From Macrostomum lignano (lineage: Eukaryota): a stretch of DNA of 64,000 bases. Both the position numbers and the translations under genes were made by a program. How positions within the stretch are numbered: the stretch's first letter is position 1; each line of letters begins with the position of its first letter. Below are positions 23,866 through 34,725 of the stretch, one piece after another. The notes under the pieces are model-generated. The model was not told the DNA's origin. It saw only the letters and a program-made list of their open reading frames with translations, and searched no databases. The stretch spans positions 114,666-178,665 of the forward strand of contig NIVC01001425.1 of NCBI GenBank assembly GCA_002269645.1, given 5' to 3'.

Positions 23866-25398
23866 ATGGAGAACCAGACGTCATATCCGATCAACTGGGG
23901 CAATCTGCCTGTCGAAAGTTTAGCCAACGTATCTAGCAGCGAACTCAATTGGATCTCAAGACTTTCCACATCTCAGAAGGACATGAAGGATAACGAAGAC
24001 TTTTTGAACTTCTTGCACTTTCTTGAGAGCGGTGATACTGCCGATGATTTGCCTCTGCTACCGGCCGAGGATGATGCTCCAGCTGAAGAGGATGGAAAGA
24101 ATGAAACTGAGCCGAAACGAGTTCCTTTGGATATGCAAGAGGCAATGACAAAAGATGAAATAGTGAGCCTACCAACCAAGACGCGAGAGCAGATGATTGC
24201 TCATGGTAACGGTTTTGTGCAGTTCCTTCGCGAACATGGAGCTGCTGTTCATGAATTGAGTCGTGTTGAGATGTGTGAGTTTCTTAGGTATTACTACTAC
24301 CAATTGCGTCGCCATGATGGCGGTCCATACTCGCCTGCAAGTCTTGTGTGCATCCGCGCCGGGATACAGCGCTTTCTGACTATGGTGGCTGGATTAACGA
24401 TCAACATGATCGATGGTGAGGAATTCGTTCTAGCGAATAGAATGCTCCGAATGAAAGTCAGGGAATGGCACAACTCCGGCGGTCAGGTTCGATCATATCC
24501 GCCAATCGAGGAGGGTGATATGGAGAAGCTACGGACGTATTTCGACAGATCAAGTGCAGAGACCACTCAGGATGAGTTTCTATTTCGCGTTATGTACGGC
24601 CTAGGAGAACGAGGAAGGGAACATCTGGAGTCGATTGAATCCAAGAAGTGGTTGGTGAAGCGCGAAGACTCGGATGGAAGACCGTACTACGCATTGCCTG
24701 TACTGAATTCCAAAAACAAGTCTGCCGATCCCAATCGAGCCAAGCGTGACATCGACGTAAAGCAGGCGAGAATCTACGATGTTGGAATTGTGGACGACTA
24801 CATGGCTATATTACCAACGGATACGAAGAACGACTCATTGTTTCCCAGGCCACTGAAGAATGCAGGAGGCACCAGACGATTTTGCTCGAAGCAGAAACGA
24901 GGAATAAATTACCTGAGGACTTTCATGAAGGCGCTGAGCAAAAAAGCGAAGCTGTCTAAGGAATACACCAATCATAGCATTCGGTGAGTCAGTTGGTCGG
25001 GGAAGTGCATGTGATGTTTTCAACTTGTGTCTGATTGAGTCTAATTTACAGTTCAATTGCTCAATTGTTCTAGACTTAGCAGAGTGTGTGACCTGGAATC
25101 GGCTGGGCATTCGATGAGTGAGATCATGGCTATCACGGGTCAAAAGTCCGAGAGCACGGTCCGGCGCTACCTGGCAGTTAAACGGGACAAGTCCCTGCAA
25201 CAATGCAGCGATGCAGTGTCGCGTGCGTTGAACATGGGACAAAGCGCCGCGACCCACGGTCAAGTAACAATGCCTGCTGACATCAGCATCCAAAGTTCCA
25301 TCGTGCAAGAAGCAGTGAGCGTGTCTGATGGTCGTCAGATGAACGGTCGGAATATCTTTATTATGAACAACTGCACTTTCAACAATTGCAATCTGTAA
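23866..25398 (+). CDS. Crypton-type tyrosine recombinase YR1 (DUF3504/KCTD1-ZMYM-like), intact, 2 exons 23866-24983 and 25074-25398; 480 aa
   Basis: YYYQLRRHDGGPYSPASLVCIRAGIQRF, DMEKLRTYFDRS, GERGREHL, YTNHSIR|LSRVCDLESAGHS..IMAITGQKSESTVRRY. Intron CG|GTGAGT...TTCTAG|A restores the frame; C-terminal FNNCNL tail. Confidence 0.88.
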
Positions 25399-25813
25399 TG
25401 GTCTTCGGCACTATGACAATTGCGCCATATTGATACTGCACAATTAACTTTCCATAGCGCTAATCTTTTGTTGTTGGTGTTTGCTGTTTTGTTCTAAAAA
25501 TAGGCGTCCATTATCCCGAGTTTGAAATCATTATCCTGAAGTTAAAGTGAAAAAAATAAATAAATGTTCTCATGGTTTAACCATAGACGATTGCATTATC
25601 CTAAAGGCTGATTTTTGACATTCTTATTTGATCCAGCGTGCAAGAATGCTTTGGAAGTCGCCATATGCGTGCAGAAATGCATGTGTCTATGGTAAAAGCA
25701 CCTTGAATTTACATGTGCACTCCGTGCAGGAATGTCAATCGTGCAAGAATGTAATGCGCAATGTTTCTATATTAGCATAAGTCAGCGTGCTAGATTCCTC
25801 CAATGATGTAGTA

Positions 25814-25900
25814 ATAAATGGCTATGAGTGCACGAATGCATTTGAACGAGGGCGCGCAGCGCCCGAGTTCAAATCATTTGTGCACGATATAGCCATTTAT
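25814..25900. mobile_element. 87-bp palindromic MITE or hairpin with TA flanks
   Basis: ATAAATGGCTAT..GTGCAC..TTTGAAC-GAGGGCGCGCAGCGCCC-GAGTTCAAA..GTGCAC..ATAGCCATTTAT, with TA on both sides. Confidence 0.7.
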
Positions 25901-26155
25901 TAGTATTATTGTATGATTTTGGTGCCTTTGGATCATAGACATTTGTAGCGTGCAGCAATGATTGGAGCAACGACATTAAAAATAATACGTTTCTTGTCAG
26001 AGAGTGCACCAATGATGCATTGGTGCACGCTTGAAATATCTATGGTCAAAAGTGGGTTTTGAAAGTCTTTAAAGCCAGAAGCTGAAGCTACGAGCGTAAA
26101 TATGGTTTAGCTGCGTTTTATACTCCACTCATCTGCCGCTCCATTGAAACGAACC

Positions 26156-27633
26156 ATGATCTACGAGTCTTCTACTGGTGTGCCAATAGGTCTTCTGCAC
26201 ATGTCGCAGGGCGACGTTGTCGGCGCTTCTGCCACCGAGATTAGCGAGCGCATTCAACGCGAGGCGGTCAGGCAGGGCATGATTGATGATCTAGCCCAGC
26301 TGGATTGTGGCGCACTGGAGGAGCTTTTGTGCGGAGAGGATACAGAGCAAGCTCTTCTCAATGAAATGGATCTGATGCAGTTTGACAACACACCGAAATC
26401 CGTTCTGAAGCAAGAGCAATGGGCACTTCGAAAATTTCAAGAGGTGCTCTCAAACAAGAAATACTCCGTCAATCTCGAGACATCCAACAGTTGGTTACTG
26501 CTCTGCGCATATTCTACGCTTTTATGCGCAAGGTCGACGGTGGATACTATGCCCCTGCCTCTCTGGTTACTGCTCGCGCCGGTTTGTACCGCTATTTACT
26601 TCGCGTACGTGGATTAAACATACTTGAAGATCAACGTTTTGTGAAGGCCAACCTACAACTGAAAGCTACAGCTGCCAAGTTCATCCAGGAAGGTGGCTCG
26701 GTGAAGCAGTTTTGTGCAGTCGAGAAAGGAGACCTAGATAAATTGCGCGTCTACTTTGACAGGAGTACACCGGTAAAATTACAACAGGAAATGTACTTTG
26801 TGTTGGCATTTCACTTTGGACTGCGAGGTCGGGAATGGTTCCGTAAGCTGACGGTAGATTCCATTCAGAGATGTACAATCGATGGGCGACGCGCATTTAG
26901 ACTGGCACCTATGGAGACCAAAAATGTCCGTGGAAGTTTAGAGACGCGGACTTCAGAAGATCGAAAGCAGAGCGTGCTTGTTGAAACGTTTGAAAGCAGA
27001 TGTCCCTATGAGTGCGTGGATCCCTACCTGAAGAAGATCGAAGAGGCAAAGAGCAGAGAAGGGGTGCCAAGCTCTTTGCTGTTCCTACGTCCTAGATTGC
27101 GAGGGCTAGCCGACTCCTGGTATTTCGCTAAGCAGGTACTCGGCGTCAACACACTCGGAAACTTGATGCGTGTCATCTAAGAAGCGGCCACACTAAGCAA
27201 AGCCTATACTGGGCATTGTCTTCGAGTTACATTGGCAACCGAGTTGAATGCGGCTGGAATCTCCCTGTGGGATATCAGCGCAGTTACGGGACGCAAAAGC
27301 GAGAGCTCAGTAGAAAGGTACATTCGGCACAGCAGAAAGCGCGATGGGGAGATGGTTGCACTGTCGACAACAATCAGTTTCATCGGAGGGACTAAAATCG
27401 CTGCTACATAGTCGCCCGATGGAGCCCGGCGTGTGACTACGGTCGGCTCTGATGACTCCGAACTGGTACCAGCCGATACGCAGTTAGCGAACAGTGCACA
27501 GACAGCTGATACTGAGCAGCCAATAGCCGTCGTCGGGCGCAGTTTGGAGACGCAGCAGACGCTTGCTTCTGCGATTTCTGGTACTTTCTACAACTGCCAA
27601 TTTCACGTACTAATAATAAGCCATGAGGCATAA
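26156..27633 (+). pseudogene. Crypton-type tyrosine recombinase YR2, full length but inactivated
   Basis: FYAFMRKVDGGYYAPASLVTARAGLYRY, YFDRSTP, GLRGREW, YTGHCLR, TGRKSESSVERY, FYNCQF. One frameshift near 26490 and in-frame stops at 27178 (TAA) and 27409 (TAG); no intron in the catalytic region. Confidence 0.88.
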
Positions 27634-28337
27634 GAAATAGGTAACTGAGGCATACTGCCTTAACTGCTGTTCTGTCTATGCATTTTCGGGCAGAAATGAG
27701 ACGGAATTCGAGACCTCGGATTTCGCTCGTTCCTGCCCTCAAATCCATAGACAGAACCATTAGTTGCTTCTAATGTTGCTTTTATTGCTTGCGTTATACG
27801 TTATGCAGTGCTAAATATAGCTTTGAATATCTGGCCTCTTAGCGTTTGTTTCGGCCATAGACATTTGAATCGTGCAACAATCAGGCTTGATTGGTATACA
27901 TCTAAAAACCCCTCCAAAATGCAGTGCTGGGCAAGTTAATCAATTTTTTTAACTCGTTAAAAGTTAAAAAGTTAATTTAATTGCTCCAAAAAAATTAACT
28001 GTAACTAGTTAATTATTTAACTTTTGCCCAAAATTTAACTTCTGAAAAGTTAAAAGTTAAAGTTAATAATTCTCTAACGGAAAAAGTGACATTTTCCCGG
28101 ACATGCGTCCGGCGCGTTTTTTAAATTTCAGGTCGGCGCGGCGCGGCTGTGGCCAGGTCGCGGTGCGGCGCGGCGCGCGGTGGCGCGACGCAGCGCAGAA
28201 GGTCGTGCGGCGGCGCGGGAAGTCGCGCGGCGGCGCGACATGGCGCAGTATGGTGCACCGCGACAAGGAAATATCTATGCAGCGCGACGCGGAGCAGCGC
28301 AGCAGGGAAGGCAGAATTACAACTACATGTATACAAC

Positions 28338-29402
28338 TAGGGATGTCGACCCCGGGGAGGGCTCCCCGGGGCCCTGGGGAGCTTGTCGGGGAATACTCCC
28401 CGGGGAATTAGACCGGGGACCCCGGGGAGAAAAAAAGCATTTTTAACTAAATTTTTGCCATTTAAATAAGAAAATCATTCACAGAAAGCTGATTGAAACT
28501 CTGTCTATGCTTTTTTACCGCAAAACTGCTTATTTTAATGTATAAAACACAACACACGTTTGAATGGGGGGGTTCATAAGACCGAAATTTCACAACGCCG
28601 AAACACCATACTTCGCAAGACCGAAACTTCATAAGATCGAAATTTCACATCGTAGAAAACCTTACAATAAGGATTGTATTGCATGCAGAATTTTCGGCGT
28701 TGTGAAATTTCGGTCTTATGAAGTTTCGGTCTTGTGAAGGGTAGTGCTTTTCGGCGTTGTGAAATTTCGGTCTTATGAAAGCGACCCGTTTGAATGTTTT
28801 TTTTCACTATGAGTCTTTCAATCAAGCAAATTGAACGTACGAGCGTAGAAACCCGTCAGGAAAAAGAAGCCTTACTGACTATTGTGTTGGTCTGCGTTGA
28901 TGGCTTGACGCATTTGACGCAGGCACAGCGCTATATCCTGCGTCAGTCACTGACGCATAGGGGGTGTCATACAATAACAAAATACTCCGTATTAGACAGG
29001 ACAAAATGGTGATTTACATGTATCTGCAAGAAATTAAAATTCCGATTACAAAAACGGTCTCATTCATTAATTATCCTCCCTCGAGTGCAGCTGCTGAGTA
29101 TGCATTTTCCGCCTCCGGAGTCTGGACCCTTTCTGATAAAGGTGCGCGCACGATTTGGTGATGCCACGTTGTCAAATACAGTTTTAAACAAACATTGCCT
29201 TAAGTTTTTACCCTTGCGCCTTGAACATGTAGTCCATCCAAAGCTTTAATCAAAGTTTAAGAAATGCCACTTAGTGACTTAAGATCTAAGTTATCCGCCG
29301 TTTTTACTTATTTTTTCCCCGGAGTCCCCGGGGTCCCCGGGGAATGACAGTAAATTACCCGGGTCCCCGATAAGAAAATTCCCCGGGGAATCGACATCCC
29401 TA
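28338..29402. mobile_element. Non-autonomous hAT (Ac-like) element nested in the outer hAT
   Basis: 12-bp TIR TAGGGATGTCGA (Ac TIR begins TAGGGATG); 8-bp TSD TATACAAC/TGTACAAC with 1 mismatch; subterminal CCCCGGGG repeats. Confidence 0.85.
28566..28786. mobile_element. MuDR-like MITE (221 bp) nested in the inner hAT
   Basis: 31-bp perfect inverted repeat TTCATAAGACCGAAATTTCACAACGCCGAAA, GG termini, perfect 9-bp TSD CGTTTGAAT. Confidence 0.88.
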
Positions 29403-29819
29403 TGTACAACGATAACTTCTAGTAGTCCTTGGGTAGAATATCAATAGATAATAGTTGAAGATTCCAGAATCTTCCGAATATTCTATACATTATAACTTGT
29501 AACTGAAATAATATACATGTAATAGTTTGTGACGCGTTAAATAATGCTTAGAAAGGCGAAGTTATTTTACGTATGTATTAATTTTACTTTTTAATGGCAT
29601 ACAAGCTGTCGAAACCCGCGGATTTTGAACCCGGGGAACTCTATTTCCCGGAATTATTAACTTTTGTCATTTAACTTTAACTTACAGAAAAAAATTAACG
29701 ATTTTTGTTAACTAGTTAATACATAAAAAATTTAACGAAAATTTAACGATTTTTAAAAAAATTTAACTAGTTAATTAACTAGTTAAACAATTAACTAGTT
29801 AACGCCCAGCACTGCCAAA

Positions 29820-30365
29820 ATGATACAATGGAGAGACATCGATACTTGTGACGTTGAATATCTAGCTGAAAAGTTAAAGTACTTTTACGCTACACTTCGA
29901 AAGGAAGACAAGACCTTCTATGCACCAACTACGCTGATCTGTATTAGAGCCGGACTCTATCGCTATTTTTTGCGTTTTCGCCGGCTGAATATCATTGAGG
30001 ATATCGCTTTTACTCAAGCTAATTTGGCGTTAAAAGCCGTTGGCAGACTTTTTCTTAAAGCTGGCGGAAGGATCGAACATTTTGAGACAATTTGCAAGGA
30101 AGACCTGGAAAAGCTATCTAGCTATTTTGATCGGTCAACTCCAACTACTTCTGCACGAGGTGTACTTCGTACTCGTTTACTTTTTTGGTCAACGTAGACC
30201 CAAAAGTGGTCGTGCCTGTCACCAAGCTCGGACCTGCTTCGTCCAGTCAGCACCTTATGAATCAGGTGATCGACGTGGATTCCACCAACATAGAAGGGAA
30301 CCGTTCAGCGTTTTTGCTTAACTTCAATGGAACTTGAACAATGGCGTGTTCAATTTCAAGCCCTT
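29820..30365 (+). pseudogene. Crypton YR3 remnant; catalytic half deleted
   Basis: FYATLRKEDKTFYAPTTLICIRAGLYRYF, DLEKLSSYFDRSTP, (frameshift) LHEVYFVLVYFFGQR*, then directly a C-terminal-type tail (LNNGVFNF). Confidence 0.8.
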
Positions 30366-30939
30366 AGGATGCAACCTGACATCGTCAATGCTACCCAAAC
30401 TGAAAAAACTACTAAGTTTTGCCGACTCTCCGACACTTTATATCCCCGACACTTCACATCATTTGTTTTAGTAGTATTGCAGTTATATGTTTAAAATTCC
30501 TGTGGTTTTGACGTTAGATTACGGTATCAATTTCCAGTTCAACTTAAATAATAAGTATTCTAAAAATAGAAGCGTGCAGCAACGGGACGTTGCCTTGTCT
30601 ATGGTAAAAACATTCACTAATGCACTGCCAAATCGTTAGTCAATTGGGTATATTTCCGCACTCTAACGAGTGCTTTTTGCCATAGACGCACGAGTCAGAG
30701 TGTGGAAATTGCAGTGTTGTTGGGTTCATTCTTGCACACAGTAAGAGTAGTAGGAAGCAGGGGTCAAGGGAACGCAGTCACCTTGCGGGGGTGTGGGGGC
30801 GGAGCCCCCACTAATACGAGAGCATAGACATTTAAACCGAGACCAGTAATACGAGACCATAGACACTTAAACTAAAGGTAGAATCACGAGCCCGAGTTTC
30901 GTCGAAAGTTTTATTTCGTCAGATTTCAAAAAGGTTGAG

Positions 30940-31278
30940 CCATAGACATATGCATTCCTGCACTGTCGGGAAATTTACTTGCTAATTAGAGCTTTCCCTC
31001 CATGCAAATAATCACCAAATATCCACCTCAGTCATCTAACCCAATTTGAAATCGACATGGCTAGCATCATAGACCCAAATTTGTGCGCTCCATTAATTGA
31101 TTTGAACTACGTCACCGTGAGTGGAGTTTCGACGGACGCTGTAGCCGTTCTGTCTACAGAAAGCAAATTCGTATTGTATTCGTATTCGTTATTGTTCCGT
31201 TTCCTTTATAGTGCAAGAATCGCACATCATTCCTGCACTGATTTTTTGCTTGATTTCAATGGCGTTTTTACCATAGAC
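30940..31278 (+). mobile_element. Minimal non-autonomous Crypton-like unit between two direct CCATAGAC sites
   Basis: Contains ATG31057 MASIIDPNLCAPLIDLNYVTVSGVSTDAVAVLSTESK, homologous to the YR4 start (MAAIINSTIAPPLVDFNYCSVSGCTTEALAIVSTESK). It is joined to a right-end sequence that matches 50445-50520. Confidence 0.7.
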
Positions 31279-31675
31279 AGTTGCATTCCGGCACGCGAAC
31301 GAGTGCGGGAACGACATTCCTGCGCGCTGAACCCGACAACAATGATATATTCCTGCACGGTCACGAGTGCGGGAATGACATCTGCACGAGTGCGCGCTAG
31401 CGCACGAGTGCACGATGTCCTTTACGCACGAGTGAACGTGAAGGAGTTCCATTGTCGGATGATTCATCGTGCAGGAATGCACAAAACCGTGCAGGAATGC
31501 ATTTCTGCGCCTAATGCTTTTTCAGTGAGATTTTACCATAGACATCCATTCCTGCACGCAAAAGAGTGCAAGAATGCCATTCTTGCATGGAAAATCAGCC
31601 GACAATGCTTCATTGTCAACTTGGTTGGCTTTTTCTATCTGTGAGCAAGGGCTGCGTCTCCTGGCATGTCTATGG
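31271..31675. repeat. Array of GTGCA(G/A)GAATG / CATTCCTGCAC motifs bounded by CCATAGAC sites
   Basis: Multiple CGAGTGCGGGAA, GTGCAGGAATG and CCTGCACG copies; cores at 31271, 31536 and (inverted) 31668. Confidence 0.65.
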
Positions 31676-31735
31676 GCGGGACGAAATCTACTGTTGCCAA
31701 ATGGGAATTCTTAACTTGGCTGACGAAAGCAATTA

Positions 31736-31951
31736 CACCTTTTCACGTTCAATTTTGATCAAAGTCCAGTTCTAAAAAAACTAGCGGCAATTCAATTCAG
31801 ACAATTTAGACTGGGGCCCATTCTAACCTCAGTTCAAAACATTCTAACCGAAGTAAGGTTTAGCCATAGACAAAATTATCCTCAGTCTGAATTGAATTTC
31901 CGCTAGCTTTTTTAGAACTGGACTTTGATCAAAATTGAACGTAAAAGGGTG
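31736..31951. mobile_element. TIR MITE with TA target duplication (216 bp)
   Basis: ~65-bp inverted repeats CACCTTTTCACGTTCAATTTTGATCAAAGTCCAGTTCTAAAAAA.CTAGCGG.AATTCAATTCAGAC, TA on both sides; contains a CCATAGAC at 31864. Confidence 0.8.
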
Positions 31952-32139
31952 TACTACATAATTGCTATGCGAGTCGCCCGCCCGAAGTTGGCATTTCAAT
32001 AAGTGACTTCACTGAACGAAGACACAGCATTGTTGTAGCGTATCCAGATGCATTTGATTATGCGAACATAGGATCCTTGCATATTAGTTCACCTACTTTT
32101 ATATCTTTGAAAAGCAGCTTCTTTCACATATCCGGCACA

Positions 32140-32512
32140 TCATATCTCCGACACTTCATATCTCCGACACTTCACATCTCCGACACTTCACATCTCCGAC
32201 ACTTCACATCTCCAACACTTCCCAACTCCGACACATCATATCTCCGACACATCATATCTCCGACACTTCATATCTCCGACACTTCACATCTCCGACACTT
32301 CACATCTCCGACACTTCCCAACTCCGACACATCATATCTCCGACACATCATATCTCCGACACTTCACATCTCCAACACTTCATATCTCCGACTTCACATC
32401 TCCGACACTTCACAACTCCAACACTTCACATCTCCGACACTTCACATCTCCAACACTCCATATCTCCGACACTTTACATCTCCAACACTCCATATCTCCG
32501 ACACTTCACATC
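32140..32512. repeat. 16-bp tandem repeat (ATCTCCGACACTTCAC), probably the internal array of a MuDR-like MITE
   Basis: About 22 imperfect units. Downstream sequence ends GATATGAAAGCGCCCC (~32630), resembling the MuDR-MITE end ATGAAAGCGACC at 28786. Confidence 0.8.
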
Positions 32513-33251
32513 CCAGACAAGCTTAGCAACAGACTTCATATGATATGATATAAAGATATGGAGCGTCAGAGATATGAAATTTCGGAAATACGATTCGGAA
32601 ATATGAAATTTCTGAGATATGAAAGCGCCCCAGCAGTACACACAAGCCCAGAAAATAACTTGGATCGGACACTCGGACAGCCGACCAAGACAGCTGGGAA
32701 GGCAAGTCGCGGCAATAAAATTTCCCATCAAAAATTGCTTTAACAATTTCCCATTCGAGAGCGATTTCCAACAATTTGTTAGCAAATTGCTGGAAAAACA
32801 ATTATAAGTAAAGCTTTGCTGTTTTGAAAATTTGCTGCAGGAATTTTTGCTTTGACTTTGTTTCGCAGCAGGTAACTACCTGGTCCATGCTGTTTTGCAA
32901 GCGAATTTTCAAAATAATTGATCAATTATATTCAAACGGCTCTGCCGCTCTGTGGGCAGCCGAATTTGTCTATAAGACAGACAAACGAAACCGTCCCAAT
33001 TTTCCTCCCTCAAAAAATAAATTGTGCCACAGGTGCGCCAGACGAAATTGCTCTGTTTTTTTTGCTTTGAAGCTTCCACTTGATTTGCGCTTCGAGTCTG
33101 CGACTGAAAATTTGTCGACAATTTTTTTAAATCATTTTTTCTCGAATTGGAGTTTAGTTGAGTCCGGTCTTGAGTCCAGATGGGGCAGAGGAGTCTATAT
33201 CTGCATACACAAAAAGCTCACCTTCAAGAAAAAACAGGAAGGAATCTGAAT

Positions 33252-33566
<315 letters not shown>

Positions 33567-34159
33567 CGAAGCTTATAAATTCCCATCCTACGGTTGGGAG
33601 TGTCCCAGGCAAAAGCAACCGTAATGGCGAATAGCTGTTTACGCCAGACAGCAGGACTCGATGGACGCCGGCTCCGAGTGGGCGACTCAATCACCGGTTG
33701 CCTACGCAAGGGCAGCTGGAAGCCCCCCCCCCCTTAGCTCCATCATTTGAAAAAATCTGCTGGCGCCGGCAGGTGAGCCAGCTGTGCTCAGCCAGTCGCC
33801 TACTCTTAACTCGCCTCCATCGCTCCCTCATCCACCGCTGTTTGCGTCAATAGAACTCAATAAACGGCTTCACTGAAAAACACACAAAAATCCAATTTTC
33901 ATATTTCAACTCGCGTCTTTGAGTTACAGTAGATCTCTCTTCTTGTTTGATGAATATTTTTATAGACTTGTCAAACTAACAGCGAACTATAGATTTGCTT
34001 CGAGTGTATTTTGTAACGGGTATAGCGGAATAGCGTGTAGTGATTGAATAAATTCGTAAGCGCTCTGTTTCGGTGGTAATAATTCTCTGCCTAGTAATTT
34101 GTTTCTCTAGCTAAATTAATTCTAGTAACGCATATATGAAACAATCATATTTTGATTGG

Positions 34160-34191
<32 letters not shown>

Positions 34192-34216
34192 CATCTATCT
34201 ATCTATCTATCTATCC

Positions 34217-34263
<47 letters not shown>

Positions 34264-34264
34264 C

Positions 34265-34303
<39 letters not shown>

Positions 34304-34328
34304 CATCTATCTATCTATCTATCTATCC

Positions 34329-34367
<39 letters not shown>

Positions 34368-34368
34368 C

Positions 34369-34411
<43 letters not shown>

Positions 34412-34412
34412 C

Positions 34413-34495
<83 letters not shown>

Positions 34496-34537
34496 CATCT
34501 ATCTATCTATCCATCTATCCATCTATCTATCTATCTA
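34160..34537. repeat. (TATC)n microsatellite with CATC interruptions
   Basis: Directly visible. Confidence 0.98.
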
Positions 34538-34725
34538 GCTAGCTGTTTATCTACCTATATACTCGTAGTATCACGATATGTGTATCGTGACTAACTCCTC
34601 GTGTGCTAGATGCCTAGTGAGTAGCGACTAGTAGTAACAGGCTGGCATTCTTGTGTATATAGACCACCGAATCAGTATTTTATAAATATAATGAGTTAAT
34701 TCAGAACGGCATTCAACCCGTCCAT

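Larger units (their letters stand above)
27922..29814. mobile_element. Non-autonomous hAT-like element (outer)
   Basis: 11-bp TIR CAGTGCTGGGC; perfect 8-bp TSD CCAAAATG (27914-27921 / 29815-29822); subterminal GTTAA repeats. Confidence 0.88.

Noticed and set aside
23866-25398. Bacterial or phage integrase (contamination or horizontal transfer)
   Set aside because: The GT-AG intron restoring the catalytic motifs, the Crypton/DUF3504-type motifs and the contiguous eukaryotic flanks indicate a eukaryotic Crypton.
31057-31644. 195-aa ORF as a real gene
   Set aside because: Only the first ~38 codons are YR4-like; the rest reads through end-module repeats.
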